From a virus (Duplodnaviria > Caudoviricetes), in IMG/VR virus record IMGVR_UViG_3300017784_002919, positions 1-30,383 of that record: a DNA stretch of 30,383 bases; one strand, written 5' to 3'. Below are positions 1 through 9,985 of this stretch, one piece after another (position 1 is the stretch's first letter; each line of letters opens with the position of its first letter). The position numbers and the translations under genes were made by a program. The notes under the pieces are model-generated. The model searched no databases and was not told where the DNA came from. It saw nothing but the letters and a program-made list of their open reading frames with translations.

Positions 1-1
1 C

Positions 2-193
2 GGACTTTCAGTGTTACCATATAACGGAGGAACCTATACTCAAGCTCCTTTTGAAGATTGTACAAAAGAAGAATTTGAAAGATTGGTTAAAACATTATCA
101 GATGTTGATCTTACAAAAGTGGTCGAGTTACAAGATAATACAGACCTTAGAGGTGAAGCCGCTTGTGCTGGTGGAGCATGTGAAATAGTATAA
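2..193 (+). CDS. nrdJ: Class II (B12-dependent) ribonucleoside-triphosphate reductase, C-terminal fragment (gene starts upstream of the window)
   Basis: The frame is open from base 2 (GLSVLPYNGGTYTQAPFEDC...EAACAGGACEIV*). The S+LP..YxQAPxE motif and terminal CxGGxC redox tail are typical of monomeric NrdJ/RTPR. Confidence 0.88.
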   Translation, partial: GLSVLPYNGGTYTQAPFEDCTKEEFERLVKTLSDVDLTKVVELQDNTDLRGEAACAGGACEIV

Positions 194-198
194 TAAAA

Positions 199-414
199 AT
201 GACAGTAAGTGCATCTAAAGATTGGATACAAGAGTTGTACGTGAAGGAGTTTATTAGACCTAAACTCCTTCCTACTGACTTTTATTATAATAACGATGGT
301 ATAATGGTTATGACAGAAGAACACCATAAAGGTAGAGGGAGTTGTTGTGGAAATAGATGTTTACACTGCCCATACGAACCAAGATACGAAAAAGGTAATA
401 CTAAATTACAATAA
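199..414 (+). CDS. Small Cys-rich protein, DUF5522-like
   Basis: DFYY...MVMTEEHH.GRGSCCGNRCLHCPY matches the DUF5522 signature (RGxCCGxxCxHCPY). Confidence 0.8.
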   Translation: MTVSASKDWIQELYVKEFIRPKLLPTDFYYNNDGIMVMTEEHHKGRGSCCGNRCLHCPYEPRYEKGNTKLQ

Positions 415-424
415 TAAAGATATG

Positions 425-452
425 AATCGCAATTAAGTATTGCGATTTTTTT
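425..452 (+). terminator. Rho-independent terminator
   Basis: Perfect 9-bp stem AATCGCAAT (425-433) / ATTGCGATT (439-447) with a 5-nt loop and a following T-run. It lies between the nucleotide-metabolism genes and the baseplate genes. Confidence 0.85.
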
Positions 453-488
453 ATTTTATATGTATTTATTCAAAAAATTGCAAGTTTA

Positions 489-495
489 TATTTAT
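489..495 (+). promoter_or_regulatory. TATTTAT putative late-promoter motif (a second copy at 463-469)
   Basis: The motif lies 5 nt before the gp25 ATG, and the same motif recurs upstream of six other genes. Confidence 0.55.
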
Positions 496-500
496 GTAAT

Positions 501-962
501 ATGGCGAATGGTATAACATACGGAATAAATTTCCCTTTTAGACAAAGTATTAAAGGTCAGTACCTTTCTTTGTCTGAAAAAACGGATGAAGAAATTCGTT
601 CAAATCTAATACATTTACTACTTACTAGAAAAGGTAGTAGGTATTATTTACCTGATTTTGGTACTAGACTATACGAATTTATATTTGAACCTTTAGATGG
701 TGAAACCTTTGGTGTTCTTAGAGGGGAAATTGAGTCGGCTATTAACACCTTCATACCGAATTTAACAATACAAAGTATTAAAATAGAACCATATGTTAAT
801 AGTGAGCCTTCTTTAGGTGAATTAGTTGTACCTGAACAAGACATACCAACCTATGCGGTGCCCGGAGCTAACACAGAAGAATATACGGCAAAAATAAAAA
901 TTGAATATATTGATGAAAGTAATGCTTTTGGAAGTAGACAATTTGTAATAATTAATTTATAA
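501..962 (+). CDS. Baseplate wedge protein, GPW/gp25 family
   Basis: GINFPF...IRSNLIHLLLTRKGSRYYLPDFGTRLYEFIFEP matches the gp25 consensus (L.T.xGER...P.FG..L...+FEP). Confidence 0.92.
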   Translation: MANGITYGINFPFRQSIKGQYLSLSEKTDEEIRSNLIHLLLTRKGSRYYLPDFGTRLYEFIFEPLDGETFGVLRGEIESAINTFIPNLTIQSIKIEPYVNSEPSLGELVVPEQDIPTYAVPGANTEEYTAKIKIEYIDESNAFGSRQFVIINL

Positions 963-964
963 CG

Positions 965-2806
965 ATGGCAAATAGAAAAATATCTTACACTGAAAGAGAT
1001 TTTGAAGGACTAAGACAGGACCTGATAGACTATACTCAACAATATTATCCCGATTTAATTCAAAATTTTAATGATGCTTCTGTATTTTCGGTATTAATGG
1101 ATTTAAACGCGGCTATTGGTGATAACTTAAATTATCATATAGATAGAAGCGTACAGGAAACTGTTTTACAATATGCCCAACAAAGGTCTTCTATTTTTAA
1201 TATTGCAAGAACTTATGGATTAAAAATACCTGGATATCGACCTTCAGTTGCCGTTATTGACATATCGATTACCGTACCCGCTTATGGTGATTCTGAAGAT
1301 ATACGTTATTTAGGTATTCTAAGATCTGCAGCACAATTTAATGGTGGGGGTACATCATTTGAAACTGTTTATGATATTGATTTTGCCTCCCAATTCAATA
1401 GAGAGGGTTATATTAATAGAACGAAAATACCACAATTTAGTGAAAATAATTCTGCACCTACAAGTTATATTATAACTAAAAGGGAGATAGTGGTTAATGG
1501 TACTACTCAAGTATTTAAAAAAGTTGTAACATCGGCAGATGTATCACCATTTTTTAATTTCTTTTTACCTGAAAAAAATATCTTAGGGGTTACTTCTATT
1601 ATCCAAAAAGATGGAACTAATTATCAAGCGACACCGTCTTTCACTGAATTTGAAACATCGCCGGATAGGTGGTATGAAGTGGATGCGTTAGTTGAAGATA
1701 CCGTATTTATTGAAGACCCAACTAAACCTGTTGATAAGGCAGGTGTAAAAGTTGGTAGGTATTTAAAAACTGAGAATAGATTTATAACTGAATATACTCC
1801 TGAAGGGTTTTTAAAAATACAATTTGGTGCTGGTACAGTAACACCTGAAGAACAACTAAAACAATTTACAACGGTAGGGGTTCCTTTAAAATTACAAAAT
1901 TATCAAAACAATATTGGACTTGGTTTAACGGTTAAACCAAATACCACTTTATTTGTTCAATATAGAACGGGAGGTGGATTAGGGAGTAATGTCGGAGTTG
2001 GGTCTATTAATCAAGTTGGAATTATTGATTTTGCAGTTAATGGACCATCTGATGTAATTAATAGTAATGTAACACAATCTATAAAAGTTAATAATGTGAC
2101 TGCCGCGATTGGAGGGGCCAATCAACCATCAGTTGATGAGGTTAGAAATATGGTTACATATAACTTTGCGGCACAAAAAAGAGCGGTAACAATTAATGAT
2201 TATAAATCTTTAATAGATAATATGCCGGGTAGATTTGGTGCCCCTGCTAAAGTTTCAATAACAGAATACAATAATAAAATATTAGTTAAGATATTATCAT
2301 TCGATACTGAAGGGGCATTAACTCAGACAATATCGAATAATTTAAAAACTAATTTGGCTACTTATCTTTCTAAATATAGAATGATTAATGATTATATTTC
2401 TATTGAGGTGGCTAAAGTGATTGACCTTGAGTTTGAATTTTTTATTGTGTTAAATTCTACCGGATCACAAAGTCAAGTTATAACTGAAGTTATTAATAAT
2501 GTTACGAATTACATGTTACCTTCAACAAGAGAATTAGGTGAAAATGTAAATGTATCTGAAATTAGACAACTAATCCAAAATATTGATGGAGTAAATACCC
2601 TTTCTGAAGTTAGAGTTTATAATAAAGTCGGTGGTATTTATTCTTCATCTGAAACGTCACAAAGGTATGTTGATACAACAACAAAACAAATAGAACTTAT
2701 AGATAACACAATATTTGCTGAACCTGACCAAATATATCAAATAAGGTACGCAGCAAAAAACATAAAGGTTAGGGTTAAAAACTTAACAACCGTAGACTTT
2801 TCATAA
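965..2806 (+). CDS. Baseplate wedge subunit, T4 gp6 / P2 gpJ-like
   Basis: N-terminal RDFEGLRQDL...LNYHIDR...AQQRSS...ARTYG, central IQFGAG and VQYRTGGG..SNV, and GGAN...AQKRAVTINDY. It follows gp25. Confidence 0.9.
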   Translation: MANRKISYTERDFEGLRQDLIDYTQQYYPDLIQNFNDASVFSVLMDLNAAIGDNLNYHIDRSVQETVLQYAQQRSSIFNIARTYGLKIPGYRPSVAVIDISITVPAYGDSEDIRYLGILRSAAQFNGGGTSFETVYDIDFASQFNREGYINRTKIPQFSENNSAPTSYIITKREIVVNGTTQVFKKVVTSADVSPFFNFFLPEKNILGVTSIIQKDGTNYQATPSFTEFETSPDRWYEVDALVEDTVFIEDPTKPVDKAGVKVGRYLKTENRFITEYTPEGFLKIQFGAGTVTPEEQLKQFTTVGVPLKLQNYQNNIGLGLTVKPNTTLFVQYRTGGGLGSNVGVGSINQVGIIDFAVNGPSDVINSNVTQSIKVNNVTAAIGGANQPSVDEVRNMVTYNFAAQKRAVTINDYKSLIDNMPGRFGAPAKVSITEYNNKILVKILSFDTEGALTQTISNNLKTNLATYLSKYRMINDYISIEVAKVIDLEFEFFIVLNSTGSQSQVITEVINNVTNYMLPSTRELGENVNVSEIRQLIQNIDGVNTLSEVRVYNKVGGIYSSSETSQRYVDTTTKQIELIDNTIFAEPDQIYQIRYAAKNIKVRVKNLTTVDFS

Positions 2807-2858
2807 GATTATTTATTTTGGTCCATTTGGTGTTATCTTTTAAAAGTACCAACTTAAC

Positions 2859-2865
2859 TATTTAT
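2859..2865 (+). promoter_or_regulatory. TATTTAT putative late-promoter motif (another copy at 2810-2816)
   Basis: Intergenic, 14 nt before ATG 2880. Confidence 0.5.
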
Positions 2866-2879
2866 CAACAAAGAGAATA

Positions 2880-5800
2880 ATGACCAAAAGTTATAGAATA
2901 AGAACAACACCAGGAATAGATAAAAATATTAGAATCAATGTTGAACAAGATTTTGATTTAATAGAAATTTTATCTTTAAAACTTAAACAAGAAGACGTTT
3001 ATACTCGTTTCTGTGCGGACTACGGAGTAGTTGCTGGAAGAGTTATTGCAAATGGTGGATTTGGTGTTCCAAATGTACCTATATCTGTATTCGTACCATT
3101 GACAACTCAAGATTCCTCAGACCCCGTAATATCAACGTTATATCCATATAAAGCGTTAACAGATAAGAATGAAGACGGTTATAGGTATAATCTATTACCT
3201 TATATACAAGAAAATCAAGGACACACACCAACAGGTACATTTCCTGACGTTAATGATTTATTAACCAGAACGGAGGTACTTGAGGTATATGAAAAATATT
3301 ATAAGTATACCGTAAGAACAAACGATAGCGGTGACTTTATGATTGTGGGGGTTCCTTTAGGTATGCAAAGTGTGGTTATGGATATGGACCTTTCTAATAT
3401 TGGGTGTTTTTCTCAAAGACCGTCGGATTTAGTTAGACAAGGTTTAGGTGTTGAGTCACAATTTGCTGGATCTAATTTTAAATCGTCTGAAAATTTAGAT
3501 TCATTGCCTCAAGTCGTTAATCAGGCTAAAGACGTAGAAGTGGCCTCTTTTTGGGGTGAGACTGACATTTGTAATGTTGGTATTACTAGAGTTGATTTTG
3601 ACCTTAGAGATATTGGAGTAGAAATACAACCACAAGCAATATTTATGGGGTCCATGTTCTCCACAAGTGAGGATGACCCGTTAGGGGTTTATTGTAAACC
3701 AACATTTGATTCTGGTAACCTATGTGATTTAGTCTCTTCCCAAGGGAAGATTTTGGCATTAAGACAAACAATATATAATGATAACGAAGGGTTTCCGGTT
3801 ATAGAGGAACATAAGTTTGAACAAGGAGGTAATATTATCGATGAAAATGGTACGTGGTTAGTTGAAGTACCTATGAATTTAGATTATGTCTCCACTAATG
3901 AATTTGGTGAAGATATATTTTCAAACGACCCCTCAATTGGTATACCAACAAAAGGTAAATATCGATTTAGAATACAGTACCAAAATGAGGATGGTAATGA
4001 AAATAGTATACTGCGTGCAGATTATTTAGTGCCAAATATTAAAGAATATGGGTGGAATAGTGGTAGTATAAATGGTCCGTATAGTCCTGAGTTACAACAA
4101 AAATCATATGCGTTTAGTCTAGAATGGAAAGATTATGGTGAATATTTAACAAACGCCAACTTTACTGGATTTACACAATTAGGTTATCAAATGGTCCAAG
4201 AGGCAATTAATTGTGAGGATAGATTTTTTGAATTTAATTACAATAGAGTTTATACCGTTGCTTCACACATTGATAGATGGAAATGGGGGTATAATAGGTC
4301 TAGACATTTAGGGATAAAAGAAATTACAAATAGGGAATGCTCAACAACCACTAATAGGTTCCCTGTTAATGACGGTGTTAGGAATTTTGATTTTATATTT
4401 TTCTTATTTAATTTACTTATTACTGTTTTATCTCCTGTTTTTATAATTGTTATTATTATTTTACATGTTTTAGCATTTATATACCCTATCGTTGTTAGAT
4501 TTATTAATAGAATTATTGCATATATAAATGGTATTATTTATTCCATTTGTAACTTTGTATCCAATTTAGGTTTTAATGTTACGTGTAATAAAGAAACTTT
4601 GGAACCTTTGTCTGAAAACAATCCGTTTAAAAGGATATCACTACCAATGATATCTTATCCTGATTGTGAGGCTTGTAATTGTGAAGATACTAATATGGTT
4701 ACTAATGCCGAATTTGACCCATTTGCCTATCTTTTAGTGTCAAATGGTAATTTTGGTCAATTAATAAACTCAAACTCATTAAATGAATTTGTCCCTACCC
4801 TTAGTGGGAGTAGTTTAAATAATGGAATTAAACAAGGGTTATCGGGATATCAATATCTTTTAAACGCCGCGGCGGCTGGTTATATCGACTTAGACCCTAA
4901 ATTGGTCAAGTTGCCGATTATTGAAACCCCTAATCAAGGAGGTGGTTATAAATATTTAGGTGATGACGTTACGTTATCACAGTCATTAAATATGGCAAAT
5001 TTTAGGAGGAGATATTTTGATAATGAGAATATTATCAAAACGACTGTAAATAACTCACCTCCTGGTTCAAATATACCACAACCGTCTAATAGTTTTACCG
5101 ATTCTATATTGATGATAGTTTGTGATACAGGTACATTACAAATATTAAAAACCGGTGACTTAGTTTCATTTCATAATATTAGTAAACTTAATGACCCAAA
5201 TTTAACTGGAGGGACACTAAATCAATTCAATAATAAAAAAATAACAGGTAGTACTAACCCTAACCAAACGTCGTTAATTACTAAAACGGTGACCTTTATT
5301 ACTACTGGTGGTACAAGCTCTACCGCCACTTTAAAATTAAGAATTACTGGAGGAACAAAGACTTATGATTTTCCAGCCGGAAATGAATATTTTCAAGTAA
5401 TTACGGGAGGAACCGCTCAACAATTTTCGGGATTAACAAATTTTAATAACCCGAACGGATTGTTAAACAAATATTTGTTTAACAAATCACAAAGGGTTAA
5501 GTATAATGAAGTTTCACCTATTCCTCCCGGACAGTTAGCTTTTTATCAAAAACCATTTAGTTATTATAGTAATTACCAAAATCAAGAAATTATTTTCTTA
5601 AGTCGAGGGGTTGACCCGTATACTGAGAAACAAAACATACGATATGATTTATCTATGCTTTTTGGATATACCTTTAACCAAGGTCCTATTGTTGAGGGTA
5701 GTTACCATTTAAATATCCCAATACAGCCAACGGCTAATACTGTTATAAATAACTCCATTTGGAGATCAGGGTATGTTTCGCCTCAATCACATAGTGTTAC

Positions 5801-8270
5801 AAACTCACAAAACGCACCATACCATCAACCATTTTCATTTACTGTATCGCCCACGTCGTTTACTGCTTTTACAAATAACGTTGCTAAATATTATAACTCG
5901 ACCGATAAGTCTAGATCAACATATAAGGCATTTTCAAGTGACACCACATCTTTACAGTCGTACACGTCACCTGCCGGAGTTTATAGTGATATTGCGTACA
6001 ATACTCCTCAGTTCGGTAAAAGTACGATAGGGTTTCAATACGGTAGTACAATTGTTAATGCTTCTAATCCAGGTGCCTCAACATATACTTGGTTATCTAG
6101 TACCGCAACTTGGGCATTTAAAAATAACACCGAGGGCCAAAGTATTATTGGTGCTTATGTTCCTGGAAGTTGTCAAAACGTACCAGCAGGGATTCCTTGT
6201 TCAAATGGTAATGTCGGGGCCTGTGAAAACATTACAACAGGGGGTCCTAATTTTTACACAAACGTACAAAGCATACAAACAGGTCAAGTTTTTTATACGG
6301 ATCCGGCTTTGACAATACCTGTAGTTGGACAAATTAATAGTCTTACAGGGGTGTATATGTGGAGAATATTACAATACCAAGCAGTGGATCCACAAACAGG
6401 TGCACCAACTTGGTTAGTTGCAATAGCTGTAAGCATAAATAATATTGGGGTTGTTACAGATTTAGTAATATGTATAGGGAACTGGCAAGGAGTTGGTGGT
6501 AATGGATCGCAGCCACCTAACTTAACGTCACCACAAGGTAATATTGAAGGTGGGTCCTTTTTTGCTGGTGCTGAAATACAAGGAACTGCGATGCCTTCAC
6601 AGCCAACATCAAGAAAAAGTAGAGTCTTTTCTCCGGCGTATCATTTAGATACTCTACCTAACATTACAATGAACTCGTCGACTAAACTTTTATTAAGGTC
6701 CGATAGATTACCAACCTCAGACATTACGGAAGTGTCTGGGAATACTTCATATAGCCTACATTTAAATAATAATTTTTTAATTTATAAGTTAACTGAAGGT
6801 GGGTTGGTTATTGATATACCTGTTGTGAGTTTACAAGCTACCGACACAACAAATAATCTACAGGATTTAGAAGATAGTGATATTGGTATTAGTAATGATG
6901 TCCTTGGAAGTTTAGCTTGTGAAAATATGACTTTACTATCTTGTTATTCGGGTAGCGGTGAAAATTTTGGTGTTGACGACCCATGTCCTGAGAATAATCC
7001 AGGAAACCCACAAAAACAAAGGGTTATGGGTGGATGTTATTATTTTGTTCAAGACGAACTAATAAAAACTATACCTGACGACATTAAATATTTTATCGAA
7101 TGGAAGGCTAGATTTAGGTTTGTATTTGGTGCTTGTCGGGGAGTTATAAGTCACGTGTTCCAAAACAATTGGGTTAATGGTACATTATATGCGTTTTCGT
7201 TTAGAAAAAAAACCATTTATGATTCTGTTGGTAATGTTAAAAAATATAAATTTTGTGGGGCTAATGATAGTCTTTTATTACCAATAACACAAAACCAAGG
7301 ACCAATATATTATGATAAAAGTCGATTTTCTTTTTTTTATAGGTCGACACCTTATGATGCGACTATTGGTGGGTTTGTCGGTCAACAACCAAGAAAGAAA
7401 AACGTATTTGGAACATGGATTGATACTGATTATGGTGGAATGAACGATAAAAATTTATTTTTCCCAACCACAATAATGGATTTAGGACCTAGAGACCAAT
7501 TTGCTAAAGAGATTTGTTTTAACCCACAACTCGAAGGATATTTAGTTGATACAATAAAAAGTACAAGTTATAATGAAACTAGTGATATCTTATTATTCTT
7601 TATATTATCAAGGTTATTATCCACTTCTTTTGGTCAACAACTTACAAATTCTGGAGACGCATCAATCAACACGTTGTTTAGTCGTACTCAAGATAGGATT
7701 GATGGTGACATTGCTCAAATGTTTAGTATTAATTCAGAATATGGTGTTTTACCATTTACGAGTGAGTTTTATGATAATAATGACATTTATTTGGCGCCAA
7801 ATACTAATGATGGTCCATTGATTGGAGCCTTATTCTCAGCAATAACTGAAAATAGAATACTATTAACTCCTGGTACTGTAACATTTGGATCTACAACCCA
7901 AACAGTCGGGTACCCAAAAACACAAATAGTACCAATGTATAAGTGGAAAAAGGACAATAATAATATACCGCAAACAATATTGGGGAGTCAAGATAATGAT
8001 TGGTGGACAACTTATGATTCCAATAATAAATACTACTCGGCACCATACCAACAAATGTCATTTTCAAATACTGATTATTTTCAAGCGACCAACGGACCAC
8101 AAAAGGGATATATCTACAACTACACAAATACGGGTATACCTACATTTAATCCGTCAAATAACCAAACAAGTGATAGGTTTGTTGTTGGGGCCCCTTACCA
8201 TTTTTATTTTGGGTTAGGAAAAGGTAAAACCTCACTTAATCGATACATAACCAAATATATTATTCCTTAA
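2880..8270 (+). CDS. Very large (1796 aa) putative baseplate/tail structural protein with an N-terminal carboxypeptidase-regulatory-like beta-sandwich and an internal hydrophobic segment
   Basis: Uninterrupted ORF in the baseplate cluster. GVVAGRV...GVPNVPISVF...TNDSGDFMIVGVPLG resembles the carboxypeptidase-regulatory-like fold. A long hydrophobic run lies at about aa 505-560. Function is inferred from context. Confidence 0.6.
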   Translation: MTKSYRIRTTPGIDKNIRINVEQDFDLIEILSLKLKQEDVYTRFCADYGVVAGRVIANGGFGVPNVPISVFVPLTTQDSSDPVISTLYPYKALTDKNEDGYRYNLLPYIQENQGHTPTGTFPDVNDLLTRTEVLEVYEKYYKYTVRTNDSGDFMIVGVPLGMQSVVMDMDLSNIGCFSQRPSDLVRQGLGVESQFAGSNFKSSENLDSLPQVVNQAKDVEVASFWGETDICNVGITRVDFDLRDIGVEIQPQAIFMGSMFSTSEDDPLGVYCKPTFDSGNLCDLVSSQGKILALRQTIYNDNEGFPVIEEHKFEQGGNIIDENGTWLVEVPMNLDYVSTNEFGEDIFSNDPSIGIPTKGKYRFRIQYQNEDGNENSILRADYLVPNIKEYGWNSGSINGPYSPELQQKSYAFSLEWKDYGEYLTNANFTGFTQLGYQMVQEAINCEDRFFEFNYNRVYTVASHIDRWKWGYNRSRHLGIKEITNRECSTTTNRFPVNDGVRNFDFIFFLFNLLITVLSPVFIIVIIILHVLAFIYPIVVRFINRIIAYINGIIYSICNFVSNLGFNVTCNKETLEPLSENNPFKRISLPMISYPDCEACNCEDTNMVTNAEFDPFAYLLVSNGNFGQLINSNSLNEFVPTLSGSSLNNGIKQGLSGYQYLLNAAAAGYIDLDPKLVKLPIIETPNQGGGYKYLGDDVTLSQSLNMANFRRRYFDNENIIKTTVNNSPPGSNIPQPSNSFTDSILMIVCDTGTLQILKTGDLVSFHNISKLNDPNLTGGTLNQFNNKKITGSTNPNQTSLITKTVTFITTGGTSSTATLKLRITGGTKTYDFPAGNEYFQVITGGTAQQFSGLTNFNNPNGLLNKYLFNKSQRVKYNEVSPIPPGQLAFYQKPFSYYSNYQNQEIIFLSRGVDPYTEKQNIRYDLSMLFGYTFNQGPIVEGSYHLNIPIQPTANTVINNSIWRSGYVSPQSHSVTNSQNAPYHQPFSFTVSPTSFTAFTNNVAKYYNSTDKSRSTYKAFSSDTTSLQSYTSPAGVYSDIAYNTPQFGKSTIGFQYGSTIVNASNPGASTYTWLSSTATWAFKNNTEGQSIIGAYVPGSCQNVPAGIPCSNGNVGACENITTGGPNFYTNVQSIQTGQVFYTDPALTIPVVGQINSLTGVYMWRILQYQAVDPQTGAPTWLVAIAVSINNIGVVTDLVICIGNWQGVGGNGSQPPNLTSPQGNIEGGSFFAGAEIQGTAMPSQPTSRKSRVFSPAYHLDTLPNITMNSSTKLLLRSDRLPTSDITEVSGNTSYSLHLNNNFLIYKLTEGGLVIDIPVVSLQATDTTNNLQDLEDSDIGISNDVLGSLACENMTLLSCYSGSGENFGVDDPCPENNPGNPQKQRVMGGCYYFVQDELIKTIPDDIKYFIEWKARFRFVFGACRGVISHVFQNNWVNGTLYAFSFRKKTIYDSVGNVKKYKFCGANDSLLLPITQNQGPIYYDKSRFSFFYRSTPYDATIGGFVGQQPRKKNVFGTWIDTDYGGMNDKNLFFPTTIMDLGPRDQFAKEICFNPQLEGYLVDTIKSTSYNETSDILLFFILSRLLSTSFGQQLTNSGDASINTLFSRTQDRIDGDIAQMFSINSEYGVLPFTSEFYDNNDIYLAPNTNDGPLIGALFSAITENRILLTPGTVTFGSTTQTVGYPKTQIVPMYKWKKDNNNIPQTILGSQDNDWWTTYDSNNKYYSAPYQQMSFSNTDYFQATNGPQKGYIYNYTNTGIPTFNPSNNQTSDRFVVGAPYHFYFGLGKGKTSLNRYITKYIIP

Positions 8271-8272
8271 CG

Positions 8273-9985
8273 ATGAGAAAACAAGATGAGATAAGAATAG
8301 TTTTAGGGTCCAAAAGATTTGCTGCCTCCACAACGGTGGATGAGCAAATTCAGTTACCTTTATTTGGTCAACAAAGGAATTTAGTTCAGGGTGATAGGTC
8401 TTCTATTGTTAGTTTGAATAATATTTTTGATAGTGAAAGACAGGCGTCAAATACGTTTAGATTAAATGGAAAAATTGTAAATATTTTTAAAAACGACATA
8501 TCAGGTAAAACTAATTATAATCCATTTAAAAATAGTTTATATTATTTAAATCCTGAAACATCCATAAATACGAATGTTTGGTCTGGGTTTCCTCAGTATA
8601 GTGAGTTTAGTTTAATTAGGTCTAGTGGAATCACCGGTCATATTAATTTTACACCAAAAAGTGCATCAACATATAATTGGTCTTTCTATACGTCGTATGC
8701 GTATAGTAGTTCTACTGCTCAAACCATGTCATACACTAGTGAAAAGTTTAATGTGACTAATCAGTCTTTTAACGTTACAAGCGGTATCCCCTTTGTTATG
8801 GAGACTGGAACAACAAACGGTAAATCTGTTGTGTATTTTTATTGCCCAACTAATCATAATTTACAAAATGGTCAGTGGGTTGAGTTAACTACAAGTATTA
8901 ACAATAAGTACGTTTTCCAAGTGTTTAGTTTAGGTGACGGAAATTATCGTTCAGAAGAGAGAGTATTCACTATTTTTAATTTATCTTTTAGTGGTAACGA
9001 TGTTTATGACGGAAGGTACGGTAATTTTAAAAGAATCGCTAATATCACTAATAGTGGTGAAACTAAATCAAGATATTATGTCAGACTACATAAAATAATA
9101 ACAAATAATGATGAGACTTTTATTACTAAATTAGGATTTGAAAATAACCCATTTCCGATAAAAAGAAAATTGGAGTTTTCTTCAATAACACCTAATCAAG
9201 TACAAAGAGTTTCCGTTAAGAATGGAACTCAATCATATGGATTTTCTGTAAATAAAGATATTGATATTCAAAATTTGATAGATAATAATGGTAAACCGAT
9301 TAGCGAATTATTTTTTACTATTATTAATAAAGGGTATATGGGGTTTTTTAACAAACCAGGCACTAATCAAACCACCGCATTAGAGATTGGTTGGGAGTTT
9401 AACTTTTTAAAAAACACAATAGATAATTGGTGGAATAAACAATCAACCGACAATAAAGACAACATCCCATATGGATTTTATACCAAACAAAATATTAATT
9501 TTTATTATAACGAAAATTTAAAAAACGGTGATTTAATTAAAGGTGATTTCTGTGAATACAATGATATTGAACAAAAAGAATATGTTTTATCCCCGTTATT
9601 TCATAAGTATTCTATTAATCCTGTAGTTTTTTTAGACACCCAAACTTCGGGTAACACGAATTTACCTTCGGGGTATTCATATAAACCACATTATTCTATA
9701 CCTATTAGGGTTTATAGTGATTATATAGAATCTGCAAGATTAACTGAAATTGACCAAGCACCATTCTATTCTTATTTTTCTAACAACACTCAGACATTTA
9801 TTTGGAGAGACGTATATAGTTATGGTTATATAGATAGTAATAATTTAGGTCTTAACATACCGTTTATTAATGACGCACATTATCCATTTAAGGGTATTGT
9901 TTTTATACAATATCCGATGAGACGTAATGTAAGTGATGTTGAAACCACAATAATAAACGGACCAACTACTGACGATTGTGAATAA
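8273..9985 (+). CDS. Hypothetical structural protein (570 aa)
   Basis: Long ORF 2 nt after the previous stop, N/T/S/Y-rich, in the structural operon. No family recognised. Confidence 0.6.
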   Translation: MRKQDEIRIVLGSKRFAASTTVDEQIQLPLFGQQRNLVQGDRSSIVSLNNIFDSERQASNTFRLNGKIVNIFKNDISGKTNYNPFKNSLYYLNPETSINTNVWSGFPQYSEFSLIRSSGITGHINFTPKSASTYNWSFYTSYAYSSSTAQTMSYTSEKFNVTNQSFNVTSGIPFVMETGTTNGKSVVYFYCPTNHNLQNGQWVELTTSINNKYVFQVFSLGDGNYRSEERVFTIFNLSFSGNDVYDGRYGNFKRIANITNSGETKSRYYVRLHKIITNNDETFITKLGFENNPFPIKRKLEFSSITPNQVQRVSVKNGTQSYGFSVNKDIDIQNLIDNNGKPISELFFTIINKGYMGFFNKPGTNQTTALEIGWEFNFLKNTIDNWWNKQSTDNKDNIPYGFYTKQNINFYYNENLKNGDLIKGDFCEYNDIEQKEYVLSPLFHKYSINPVVFLDTQTSGNTNLPSGYSYKPHYSIPIRVYSDYIESARLTEIDQAPFYSYFSNNTQTFIWRDVYSYGYIDSNNLGLNIPFINDAHYPFKGIVFIQYPMRRNVSDVETTIINGPTTDDCE

